A DNA stretch of 64,000 bases from Schmidtea polychroa (taxonomy: Eukaryota). The position numbers were made by a program, and so were the translations under genes. Location of the stretch: positions 114,576,001-114,640,000 of the forward strand of contig CM097886.1 of assembly GCA_044892525.1 (NCBI GenBank). Direction: 5' to 3'. The notes under the pieces are model-generated. The model ran no database searches. It was not told the origin of the DNA and saw only the letters and a program-made list of their open reading frames with translations. Shown piece by piece: positions 33,725 to 46,157 of the stretch (position 1 is its first letter; each line of letters starts with the position of its first letter).

Positions 33725-35059
33725 CTATATTTTCGAACAATTAAATATATTTGGGTAAAATCCCAATGGGTTCATTATTCTCGTGACTGGTTGGACGAAT
33801 TTATTTCTTCCTTTATAACTAATTTGTAATTCATTTGAACACTTTCTTGGTGGTACTGTTGCTTTTTCTGGCATTTTTGCAAATGTATTTTTGCATGCGT
33901 ATGTGTATAATACTTCTCCAACCATTCTACCGAAATGTCCCTCTGGCAACGGAAGTATTTGCATTGCATTATCGGGATGAGTTATCGCGATAGCTAGTTT
34001 TGTTTTTAATATTTCTTTGTTTAACGAACAATAATTTTGCACCAAATCATAATATATTTTCTGCAATGTGGTTTGTCCTTGATGGAATAGGAAATCCATC
34101 TTGTTGTTTGCGTATAGGTACATTTTTATGTCTTTTGTGGCTACTTTTCCAACGGCTTTGTCTATAGTTTGTTTTGACATAAAAATTCCCGCATAGTTCG
34201 TTTGGTATACTATACTATCGCATTTGGTGACCGGTTTTCCTTTGATGAATCTCATACCAATGTCTCGGTCGTCGGTGATTAGTGCTGTTGGTGTTTTTTG
34301 TGTTTGCAGTTTTTTTATTTCAAATATTGCTTGTGGTGGTCTCCCATTTTTTACTTTTCTTCCACCCCTGTCTTCCGGATCGTTTTCATATATTTCTCCC
34401 TCTACTTCATTTAACACTGCACTTTTTAATAGTTGTAGTCGATATTTTTGCGTATTAGCTTCATAGATGATGGTGGATTGTCCTGTTCTACACACGTTCT
34501 CGGTGGCTCTGCATGATGGATTCGTTTTCATGTGATAGGTGTTTGCATCGAATTGGACTTCGTATTCTTTTATTTCCACTGTATAATACTCGATCACTAC
34601 TATTCCTGTTACTACGTCTCCTTGGAGAGTATATGATCCCCCATTGCATGATCCGTCTCCTGCTACGTAGATACTTTCGATTTTAATCATTCCGCTTTGT
34701 CCGTGTATTGTCACACCATCTCTAATTCGCATTGATCCTGATTTAAAAAGTTCTTTACAATCTTCTCCTTTGGCGTAGACTTTTTCTCTTTTCAACCTTG
34801 GTAGTATAATTGTTGAATACGAGTGTTGTCCGCAATAGTATGCTAGTACTCGTTTTGTTACCAGGCATTCTCTTGCTGGTGTCCTAATAAAGTCGGGTTC
34901 TTGGTATACATGATACGTGACTTTACTTTTCACTTTTTCAAGTTTATTTGGCGATGCCTGTTTACATTCTTCGATGTCTCTTAGAGAATATTTATCTCCA
35001 ATAATTGAGTTGTCACAATCGTAAATCATAAATTCCGTTGCACCGCTTGTACATAACAT
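33725..35059 (-). CDS. env: Envelope-like glycoprotein of the chuvirus G / gB-like class III family; C-terminus and TM lost by deletion
   Basis: Cys/motif pattern YDC...C.V..R.LAYYCGQHS...C...GSCNGGSY...C.....C...VYQTNY...KMDFL...YC.L...KLAIA..HP...G..G.MVGEVLY.YAC...C.NEL.ISY.G..KFVQP.TRI. Confidence 0.75.
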   Translation of the reverse strand: MLCTSGATEFMIYDCDNSIIGDKYSLRDIEECKQASPNKLEKVKSKVTYHVYQEPDFIRTPARECLVTKRVLAYYCGQHSYSTIILPRLKREKVYAKGEDCKELFKSGSMRIRDGVTIHGQSGMIKIESIYVAGDGSCNGGSYTLQGDVVTGIVVIEYYTVEIKEYEVQFDANTYHMKTNPSCRATENVCRTGQSTIIYEANTQKYRLQLLKSAVLNEVEGEIYENDPEDRGGRKVKNGRPPQAIFEIKKLQTQKTPTALITDDRDIGMRFIKGKPVTKCDSIVYQTNYAGIFMSKQTIDKAVGKVATKDIKMYLYANNKMDFLFHQGQTTLQKIYYDLVQNYCSLNKEILKTKLAIAITHPDNAMQILPLPEGHFGRMVGEVLYTYACKNTFAKMPEKATVPPRKCSNELQISYKGRNKFVQPVTRIMNPLGFYPNIFNCSKI

Positions 35060-36960
35060 CTATATCATCATTGTCATCATTAACTAGTTAATTGATGCTT
35101 TTCTGCTGGCTGGGTCTTTCATCGGTAGTTCCCATTCTAATTTGTTTAACAACTTCTTTAGTCTAATTTGCATTGACCTTTCTTGTTCAGTTTTTCGTGG
35201 CGCTTGTATGAGTCTTTTCCAACCTCCAGTGTGGATAATATGTGGGGTTCTATGGTATTTTCAATAATTGTGACTGTTATTTCTACATGATTTATAACTT
35301 GTTTATTCGGCAATTTCCGTGCTGCTAAACCCATCAGATTATACATCAAGTTTGTTATTACCACTAGATGGTGTTCGTCGTCATTTGCATTCATCGTGAT
35401 TTGTTCTACTATTCTTCTTGTTTCTTCCCAATCTGTGGTTTTTGTCTTTTCTTTTATCAGTTTTGGGATTCTTCCTGATATGACGTTCCATAATTGTCTC
35501 GCTTCCATGCTTGCCATTTTTCGTTGCCATAATCTCCTTAATTGCGGGTTGGTTATTATTAACATATCTTTTATCAATTCACGTATCCATTTTTCTCTTC
35601 GTTCGATAGTCGGTTGTGCTTCTTTTAGCTCATATACTATTTTGTCTAATTTTTTTATTCTTATGGCTCCTTGTTCTTGTTTCATCTGTTCTTTGGTTTT
35701 AAATTCTGGTTTTTCTCCTTGTTTCTTGGGTCTTCCTTTGGCTCGTTTTTCCATCGTTGTTCCCATTTCTCTAGTGGTTTCGTAACTTCGGCTTTTCTCG
35801 TTATCTGTTCTCGGTAATGAACTGTCATTGTTTCTCAATCATTCAGTTCATTCATCTATTATTTTATCGTTTTGGCTTTCAGGCGGTATTTTTTTTTGGT
35901 TCTCTTTGCCTCGTTATTGGTTGTTCGTCTGTCTCTGTTTCCGTTGTGTTATCCATTATTTCCTTTATGCTCAATTTATCTGGTTCGTGGTAACTTGTTG
36001 AGGATTGATTCGTTATCCAGATTTCCTCTCCTGTCGGCCACCTTACTAATAATGGTGATCTTTCTCCTACTTCTTCACTATCATCTAGTATGATTTCCTC
36101 GATTTCGTCGGTCTCATTTGATTTGCTCGGTTCTTTGTCTGGGCTTGGTGTACTCAAACTTCCTTTCGTTGGTTTGCTGCTTTTATTTTTCCTTTTTATC
36201 GGTTTTCCCAATGTTTCTGCCATGGTCAGTTCATTAACTTTCTCCAAACTCATGACTGTTGTCCAATGATTGTCCTTCTAATTGTAAGTGAAACGGAGTC
36301 TCATGTGCTAATTTTTGTTTTAATTCTCTAATTTTTGTCGTTGGGTGCACTTCTACTTCCTCATATGTTTTGTCTGGATATTTGATTCGAATTTTGTATC
36401 TTTCTTGAGTGTCTTGCGCCCATTCCTGATTTCTCCATTTTCTAATAACTTGGTCAAGTTGTTCGGATACCATTCGTTGTATAGTCGATATGCTTCTCTC
36501 TCTTTTACTATTCCTCTCAGATTTTGAATATTCTCTGCTGCTTTTAATATAAAGTTGGCCAAGGCTATCACTTATCGTTTCTGATTTTTTGTCCCTGCAG
36601 ATAAGATATCGCTTAGTTGTTTACATCTTTCTTTTTCTGCCCTTTATCTTGCTACTTTTGCTTCCTCGCTTTCTATGTCGGCCTATTCGCTTTCCTTTTT
36701 CCTCATCGCGTGTATGTGTCTCGTTTCGGTATTGCTTTCCGACGTGACGTCCGTCTCACTCTTCTCCTCGGATGATTGTTCTGTCTCTGCTTCTTCGTAT
36801 TCCGGTGGTTCGTCTTCTTCCTCTGCTTGGCCGATTTTTGTCTCTTCGATTTTCGTTTCTGTGATAATTCCTTTTTTGATTTCCCACTCTTTTCTTTCTA
36901 CATTCCAGACTCTTTCCCATGGCGTCCATCTACACTGACTGGTGTCATCATTAATATTTG
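35060..36960 (-). pseudogene. Decayed internal ORFs of the third element, including a ubiquitin-like segment (36234-36473) and a probable polyprotein leading into the env signal peptide
   Basis: Same A-rich coding bias as the giant element. KIRIKYPDKTYEEVEVHPTTKIRELKQKL...LQLEGQSLDN is Ubl-like. In-frame TAGs at 35060-35062 and 35084-35086 interrupt a hydrophobic stretch. Confidence 0.55.
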
Positions 36961-37049
36961 ATTTATTTAATATAGAATAAAATTTACATATTATGGGAAT
37001 TGTTTTTTTTTATATCTTTTAAAAGAATCTATATAATCATATGGGTAGA

Positions 37050-40000
37050 TTTCTTTTTGTAAACAGATTTTGTATTTTTCCAGGGAATATAATATTTTTC
37101 CAAAACATTTTATTGTTCATTCGAATTCTTCCAACTTAAAATTTTTTGATATGCCATTAAACTCATGGATATAAAATTCATTGAGTCAATAAATTTGAAA
37201 CATTTGTATTTTTCTTTCGTTTTTCCTATGACATTAAAAGAATTTTTAGGACGAATTACTTATTCTTTTATAAATGGATGAATATCATAACCAAATAAAT
37301 TGTGAAATATTATTGGAATTAATAAAGGTTTTTTACAATTTACATTAAAATATACATGTGCAGCACCTCTATATTCACCAGTAAAATGATCATCGTCTCT
37401 AATTTTTATATCTTGACCTATAATGCTTTCATTACACATCCAACAATGTGTTGTTTTTTATATTCTTCTTCATGTTCTTTTGTAATGGTTAATTCATAAT
37501 CAGTTTCAAGCAAGAAACGTAATTTATTTTACAAGGAATTACTCACAAATCTTTTCAATAAGTTTTGCCTCTATAAAAGAATTCCTTTTATTCAATCAAT
37601 TCTGAGTAATTACTTTTTAAATATAAACAATAAGCAGATGGGATTTGTTGAGCAATTAGAACTGCTAGAGATCTTTTAATAGCATATAAAAAGTTTTTAA
37701 TTTTTACATTTTCTCGTTCCTGATTATTATAAACAAGTATATTCCTTATAAAAATCCATTAAATTATGTTTCAGCAAAATTTTATTATGTTTATCATTCA
37801 AATCTTGTTTATAAATTATAGACTCAAAATCAGCATAAAATTTTGCAAGAGGTTTTAAAAGATTTAAATAATTTTTAAAATACATTTTTGCCTTCTTATT
37901 TTCAGGCATTACAGTTAATGCTGGTTTATTCAAAGAACATAATCTTTCGTGTTTTATTTTCATATTATCTGTTGAGTAATATAAACATCTTCTAAACTCG
38001 CAACCATGTACAGCTTTATTATCTTTAATCCAAGGTCTCAGAAAATGTTGAAAGTTTTTTATCCTTACATAATGAAGCTTGTTTTTATCATCATCATCCT
38101 CTTTTATTAATATACTGATTAACCACCTTTCTGGACTGGGTTCTACACATTCTTCAGGGTCAGACTCTGTCCATTCTTCAGAAATATGGATTGATATTAT
38201 TTTATCTTCCCCAATCAATTGATAAATAACAATCGCTAAATTATTTAATTTTTCAAATTTATGAACGTCCTTAATTTTTATTGGATGTTCAAATTGATTT
38301 TTTTTCTTTTTTCAAATTTTATTCCACTATAAGCCTTAGTCCACATGGATTTTATTTTTTTTATAGTGTAAGAGTCTTTAATCTAATTTTTTTCTCTATT
38401 AGAAATTCATTTTTTCTATTCGGAGAATCTTTATTGTTTTAAAAGTTAACATCTTGAAAGCTTTTGTCTTGAAGCTCCTCTGTTAATGATGGGTACAATT
38501 CTTTTCTTACATAACATGGAAAAATTTCTCTTAATAGACTTCAGGACAATCCATTTTTATAGGTATTAAACAAGTCTTGTATATTTAGAAATTCTTTAAA
38601 TTTGAGACTAGGAGACCCTTTTAAACCATTGAAATACTTGATGCCACGTATTTTCATCATTTTATATGCAAAATCTGCTTTTGATAGATCCTCCATTGGA
38701 TAAACAATTGGATAAATAACCCCATCTCCAATAAGTTCAAATTTTTAATTTCCATTGTCTGAATAATAATTAATTACAAACATGAGATTTTTATTTAATG
38801 ATATGAACCCCATAATTACTTTTTCTTTTTCTTTTGATTTTATTATTGTTCCCAAGAAATTAAAGGTCACATGAAAACAACAATAATAAAAATCTTTTTT
38901 GGTAAATTGATTTCAAACACTCCTGATTCATTAGTAATTACTAAATAATTATATTTATTTATAAAATAATAATTTGAACTTAAAGTGATTTCTATTTCAT
39001 AATAATTAAAAAAATTATTAATTCTACCTAGATTTTTTTTCTTTTATTCTCTAAATCTTTCTGGATTTTTATTACTTGCTCGTTGAAATTAGTGATTCTA
39101 TCATTAACATACCTTTAAAATTTTTTTTAGATAATCTCGTAGATCATCAACCCCCTTTCCTGTAATTCCATTTAAATTCCCAATTTTTAAAATTTTATTT
39201 CCTTTCATGTCTAAATCACCTCTCATACCATCACCCGATTCATTAACAAATAAAAATATGCTTTTTTTCAAACTACTTGTTAATTTAATAAAATTATACC
39301 TCCACTAAAATGTGTTAGAATCATCATTCTAAAAGAGATAAAATTATACATTCAAAAGATTTTCCATCAACAAGTTCTTTAAAAACCCAACAACATAATT
39401 GTCCACAAATCCTAGTTCCTTCTTTTTGAACTTGTATAGTATTATATATTAAATTTTCATTATTAAGAATTTCTTTGATGAGAATAATTCCATATGAATT
39501 CAAATAGATTTTAGATATAGGAGAATACATTACCCAATCTGATCCTTTCTCCAATGTTGTTTGTAAATTAATTATTAAATTTTTATTTTTGTATATTAAA
39601 ACATTATTATCCTCATCTCTCATTATTATCCTACATTCTAAATTTAAATCTCGAATAATATCTCTCAAATCGAAATTTATTGTTGTATCATTTCCATAAC
39701 TTTTTATAAAGTCATTTCATGTACTAAATGAAATTGTTTCTCCATTGAAACCCAACAAATTATTATTTTGATCAACTATTCTGAAAGATATGGAATCAAT
39801 AGTTTTTATGATTGCTGTGAATAAGTATGATAGTTTATTATTTGACAGATTCTATATCCTTGAGACAGTTTAATATGGAAAATTATACAGTTTTCCATCT
39901 TTATATGCTCCTTGTATTAAATTACAAGGTAGATTAATAGATGTTATATTACTTATAATAATATATGATAATGAAACACTGCTTCTTGAATAACATGTTT

Positions 40001-41900
40001 CTCCAAATCCTAATAAATTATTTATTCTTTTAAAAAAAATACAAAAACCTATTGCTATAAAAAGATTTATTCTAGCAGAATAGAATATGAAATTTATTTT
40101 TTCATTTAGAATTCCAACATTTTTACACCACGATTTATATTGTTCTAATTGATCTGGAAACTTACTTTATTAGCTGTGAAAACATCTTGTACTAGGGTTT
40201 TAATTGTTTAAAATAAAGCATTTAATTCATATGCCTCAAGAGGTATAATTATATCAGAAGAATCCATGTTTCAATGTATTTTAATTTTATTATTTTTGTT
40301 GTAACGTGTATATTATTATAAACTATAAACCAATGCAATCCAATTTCATAATTAAATTCTTTATTCGAGTTTCAAGGTATTGGAAATTTTGTTGTAAATT
40401 CTGAAGATTTACTATTAAAAGATAGTTGGTGAATTTTTTGTTGATAAAATATTAACTATTTTTTCAAATTTTTCATCCATTTATTCTATTGTAAGAAAAC
40501 CCCAATTAAACATTCTTTTCACGATATATTATGATTTTTGAAAAATGAAATGTTTTTATTAAATAATAAATTTTTTTATATAATTAATAAAATTAATAAA
40601 TTTGTTTAAAATTCTTAATTTATATAGTTATTACATTCCACCTGATGATGATAGGAAACTGTCGAAATATATCGTGAAAAGAATGTTTGATTGACGTTTC
40701 ATAATTAAATCATTGCCATCTATGTTCAACTATTCATTTATTCTATGTTATATTAATCATTTGACCATTTTTCAATTGAATATCCACTTCTTTTTCAACT
40801 AGTAATACACAAAAACATTTTACCTTAAACTCGTTATTCTTTTTAATATTAATCGTAACATTTACCCCATTCTTGATCTGAAACATCAAAACAAAATATA
40901 GAATACGAAATTTTAAAATCAGTTATGTTTAATGTGGATCTACTTTAAAAGCATTACATGCATTAAGATATAATGAATATGGTTTTGCTTGATAATTATC
41001 TTTTAAACTAAATGTCATTGGATATGGAGGATAATAATTTGTATTTAATTGAACACGTAAAGATTTTATTTCTTTTTCTCATCCAAGTGATTGTATAAAT
41101 TTTGAATTATTTTTTGTAAATTCAATAGATTCATCTTTAAATCATATAAAAATATATCGAGGTCTTGAATTTAAAATTGTGGGTTTGCAACTGAATATTT
41201 TTTCTTGTTGGTATATCAATATTAGTTGTTATTCTTTGAAGATATCTTACAATGATTGGTTTATCCGTTCATTCTATCCATTAAAATAGATTCTAATTTT
41301 GGATTAAATGTTATTGAAGGAACCAAAAGAGCAAGAGACTCTAAATTTATTTTAACTGCATCATTTACAACTGTTCCAAACAATTTTTAATATCATTATT
41401 TTTTGTAAAAAAAAAGAGTAAATTAATCTACTATAATTTTGGAAAAATTCAAATTATATAAACTATCTCGTTCTTTATAACCTTCATTTGTTGCTGTTCC
41501 ATCACCGAGATCTGGAATCCAACAACTTAATTCTCCATGTTGATTTTTAAAATCCGAGCCTGTCATGATAAAATTTAAAATAGAAGAAGTAGGACCAGGA
41601 CGTTCTATTCTTTCCAATTTTGAAGGACCTTATTTTATAGCCATATCAGTAATTAAATTTAATAACCAGTTATGTTCAAATGTAAATTCATCAACTGCAG
41701 CTGGGGTTTCTGAAAATTCGAATTTTTTGAGATTCATCGAATCCGAATAACATTATTAAACTATTCGACGTATCCGAATTGAATCCTAATATTAAAAAAA
41801 CTCTTGAGTATAATGTTAACCAATACCTTTAAATGCAAAATCATCATCACATTTTATGATATTTAATAAAAATTATCTTAATTATCTTAATTATCTTAAG
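37050..41900 (-). mobile_element. Decayed Polinton/Maverick: major capsid (~40750-41900), minor capsid (~39700-40330), adenain-type protease (39324-39700), protein-primed PolB (~37050-38760)
   Basis: PolB: HYVRIKN, FYADFES, RDDDHFTGEYRGAAH, IPIIFHNLFGYD. Protease: NL...GSDWV...YLNSYG...Q.....CGQLC. Minor capsid: IDSISFRIVDQNNNLLGFNGE. Major capsid: ERPGPTSSI, WIPD..N.GY..R, RPRYI. Confidence 0.85.
40639..40676 (+). ncRNA. Minimal hammerhead ribozyme in a Penelope terminal-repeat fragment (~40560-40700)
   Basis: CAC-CUGAUGA-U-GAUAG(GAAA)CUGUC-GAA-AUAUAU-C-GUG: conserved core, stem II, palindromic stem/loop III, stem I CAC/GUG. Confidence 0.8.
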
Positions 41901-42239
41901 CTTTTATCTATTACCTCAAATATTATCATTTTGAAATTTCTTTCTTCGCCTTTAAAAATATATTTTCAACTTTAATGACGTAATTTTAGAAGATTTGATA
42001 ATTGAGCTCTCTTGGGTCTATTAAATAAGCTCAATTAAAATTATGTTATAATTTTATTTGTTTAAATTTAATTCATAACTTAATACAGGTTGAAATTATA
42101 TGTAGTTTAATAAAAAATATTTAACACTCTAATGCCCAATTTTTTTATCTTCGCGCAAAAACTCTCCTTACGTAAATTAATGCCGCTGAAAATAAATCTG
42201 TATTCAATTTTTTGTTATCGGTATATTGTCACTTGGTAT

Positions 42240-42756
42240 ACCTGCTAAAGGTATGCCCGACTTGAGGCGGGTCTGGGCAGTTTTGGCAAGAAGTAAATGT
42301 AAGCAATAAAGGAAAAAAAGTTTTATTTAATTGTTTATTTAATAATTATAAACAAATATACCTAATCTTTATTATAAATATTATGAAACTCAGCGAAGCA
42401 ATTTTTTGCCGCTGTACAACAAATATTTATTTTACATTTAGAACATATACATTGGGTTTCGGATTTGCATCCAGATAATTTACATTACATTCATTTGGGA
42501 TAATGATAGAAACCGTCAAAATGGGTATCGGCGATAGGTAAATATGTTTTCGCACTGCTTTTTGACAGGTGGTGTTGAGCCTCTGGGACATCCAATTCTT
42601 TTCTGGTCTCAGCAATGTTTTCAGGTTTGCGTAATATAGCAGTAACTTGTCTTCTAAACATTGGTAGTTGTATGTTGGACTGTCTTCGATTTATTCGTTT
42701 ACGTAACAAATAAGCATTTACCATTGCCATGTATATTATGTATATTATATTACAAT
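42240..42756 (-). mobile_element. piggyBac transposase 3' remnant, interrupted by a solo LTR
   Basis: MAMVNAYLL...FRRQV...FDG..HYP followed by a C-terminal Cys-rich domain (C...TQCICSKCKINICC...NCFAEFH). Confidence 0.75.
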
Positions 42757-43763
42757 TGTTGAGGATACCTAAATAATAATTTATAAAGAAATAAATAAAA
42801 TTACCTGGGGGAAGATCGCCATGACAAACGGGACGGTCTGTAGAGACTCGGAGAGGGAGGCGGAAATGAAGAGAAGTTCAAAATGAGAGGGATAAAGGAA
42901 ATAAAAGGAATCAAACAGGAAGAGGAGAGCCAGGGTCAGTACTAGTTGATTAGTACAAGAGGGAAAAGGAATTTTGAGGTCAGGGAGGAGGGAAAACAGC
43001 AATATCCTTATCTCGACAGCTTGCCGGTGATAATAGAATTGATGGGGGAAGGCGGTCAAACGAAAAAGGGAAAAGGGGAAAACAACTTGACAGCTTTCAG
43101 AGATAAAAATGGGACAGTCGGGGAAAGCAGGAGAAGGAAAGTGGAAAAACAATTGATTATCTGGAGTGCTACAAGAGAAGCGAACTATATAAAGGAAAAC
43201 TGGTGAACATGAAAGGAGAACAAAAAGGAGAACAAAAAGAGACGACAAATTTAGAAGGAAAATTAGAGATTATTTGAGAGACGATTTGAGAGACGATTTG
43301 AGAAATAGAATTATTGGAGAAAATTAGACGTTGGACGAAACGTTGTTGGAGAAATGATTGTGTAAAAGAATTGTAAAGAAAATAATTGTGAAGGATAATT
43401 GTTGGAGAAGATTTGAATAAAAGAATTAGTTGAAAAATTAAACGAAAAGAAGTTACTTGAGTATTTGAATAAATTTGTGAAGAAGGTCAAAGAAAACAAC
43501 CAGCTCAAAATCCCAGTTTAGAAACCAATCAGTAATTTGTGATCTTTTAATCCGGTGTTATACACAAGTGCTATTCCTCACCGAGTGTTGTAATAAGCAT
43601 TGTATAGTCACCAAGTAGATTGTTGAATTTATTGTCAGTGTCAAGTGAAAGTTTATTTGTGATTATCAATAAAGATTTCTGTTGTCAAGTGTTATTTGTG
43701 AATTATATAAAGACACGCTTGGAGTCAGAGTAACATTAAATTTTATCACTCAATAACCCAACA
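42757..43763 (+). repeat. Solo LTR (1007 bp) with 4-bp TSD CAAT
   Basis: TGTTG...CCCAACA; CAAT at 42753-42756 and 43764-43767; second copy at 49496-50518. Confidence 0.92.
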
Positions 43764-44799
43764 CAATCAAGTTCTTTTTATTTTTATTTAAATTCTCACA
43801 GGGTGTTATATCTGAAAATGTATTGCTCGTGGTAATATTTATTTTTGATTTATCATCTGATCTCATACTTTCACTCAAATCTGAAATCTTTATATCTTTA
43901 GGGATTTCATCTTGATTTTTAAATATATTTAAGTCAATAAAAATAATACAGTATCCAAATAAAATTTAAGTATCCTCAATAAAATTTATTTTTCCCAATA
44001 TGTGTTTTGTTTTGCATAATCAAAATTTCTTTTAAAATAATAAAATATGTACATAGGAATAATAATAATAGTGATGAGTGGATCCAAATAAATGATTGAT
44101 AATTGAGGCCAAAAATAATAATAATATCCAAATGGAATGTCCGATAATAAAGTAAATTTAAATAAAATATATATTATCTAAATAATAAAGTGAAATATAA
44201 TCATAATTTCAATACGTATAAGCTGTACTACAAATCCATTCGGAAGTGACTCAGAATATATATGTATATGTATAAATAAAATATATGTACAATATGTGAA
44301 ACCAAATAATAAAATAATGAAATTTAAATTATTAAACATCATGAAAATCCCAAGAATCGAACTTCGATGCTTGAGGCTCCCATGATAAATTATCATACCC
44401 GCCTGCAGTGGTCGCGTAACCAGCGGATATGATAAATTTGGGTATGTTAAATGCCTAGGGTTAGTGGTGAATCAAATTTGTTGAATCAAATATATGGGGA
44501 AATAATAATAGAATGAAATACAAAATTAAAAATATATTCATTAAAACAGAGTAGGCTAAATCAAAGTAGCATCAAAACTAATATAGCAGAATAGGATTAT
44601 TATTATATTGCTATTATTTTGGCATTTCATGAAGTAACATTATTATAATTATATCATAGTAATAAATTAGTATTGGTGGTATCATAATTGTATAATTGTT
44701 ATGATTATTATAGAAAAATAAAATAAAAATATTATCACATTAAGAATCATTATTGTTATCATTGAATATTATTATAAATAGTTAAACATGCATGGCAAT

Positions 44800-46150
44800 G
44801 ATTTAATTATAAGCTAACGCCAATCAAACATTCTTTTCACGATTAATTTCGACAGTTTTCCTGTCATCATCAGGTGGGATATAATAACTCATTAAATTAA
44901 GGATTTTAAACAAATTTATTAATTATATATAAAACATTTTTTTATTTTATAAAAAAAATATTATTTTTTTTTAAATTTTAACATTTAAAATTTAATTTAA
45001 TAATTTAAAAATTTTTTATTAATTATTTAATTTAATACAACAATCAATACATACAAAATAAAAAACCTATTAAAAAACTTATTTAAAAACACTCAAAACA
45101 CAAGTATTTACTGCATTCTGCACATTAATTTTTGGATTCAATGATTTTATCAACAACGCCTCACAAATCACACGTTCCCAATAATTATCGAAATTTTTTA
45201 ATAAAATTTTAAAATCAGACATACCTATTTTAATCTTACAGCCCTTATTGTGCTCACCAATATGAGTTAAAGTCTTCGGTCTATAATATTCTCGAGCTCG
45301 AATACAGAGATGTCTGGAAGTCTTTCCAATGTATGTGGCATTACACCCATTACATGTAAACTGATAAACGAGATCGGAACACAATTCGACCGGAGTTTTT
45401 GACTTATTAATAAACATATTGCGTACTTTCCATGAAGTTGACACTATCCTATAGTTTAAATTCCCTAACAGCTTTCTTATCTTCACTTTATAATCCTTAA
45501 AACCTTCTGAGTACAGTAATACTAACATAAATTTAGGCTCATCATCATTGCTCACACTATTTAATTTATTTAACTCATCAGACTCACACATCTCAACAAG
45601 ATCACACCCAGATTTTCTCAAACATGGATCCTTAGGATTTTTAATAAATTTGTCAACAGTCTCTTTCACCATAATTACTAAAAAGGATTTTGAATAACCG
45701 TTCTTCATTAACAATTCAACCAATATGTCAACACTTTTTACTGAATTTTTAAAAGTAGAAGACAAAGACCATGCACGATAAATCAACCCCTTCACCATAT
45801 TTCTTTTATACTTGAATTCACAAAAACTTTCGGAAGAAGTATAGAGACCAGTATCAGTTGGTTTTCTATAAATCTCTGTCTCATAGTGTTTCTCTTTGCG
45901 TTGTATTAACAGATCCAAGAAAGCAAGCGATGATTTTTTCTCCGATTTACATGTGAATACAATGTTTTTATGTAGACTATTCATATAATGCAAAAACGGG
46001 TCAACATGCCTCTGATTTTCAAATATAAGAAAAATATCATCCACATACCGTTTATAAACAGTGGGTTTTATACCTTGGAAAGATGCAATTTTCTTTTCTA
46101 AGCTTGTTAAAAAATTGAAGCCATCGTTGGTGCTAAAGGAGAATATTATT
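44800..46150 (-). mobile_element. Penelope-like element 3' part (RT C-terminus, GIY-YIG endonuclease, terminal repeat); truncated by pogo insertion
   Basis: SPLAPTMA...RYVDDIF...FLDL...YRKPTDTG (PLE RT); VYQFTCNGCNATYIGKTSR..HIGEH (GIY-YIG). ORF 45079-46044. Confidence 0.92.
44838..44876 (-). ncRNA. Minimal hammerhead ribozyme in the Penelope 3' repeat
   Basis: CAC-CUGAUGA-U-GACAG(GAAAA)CUGUC-GAA-AUUAAU-C-GUG. Confidence 0.85.
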
Positions 46151-46157
46151 ATAATTA

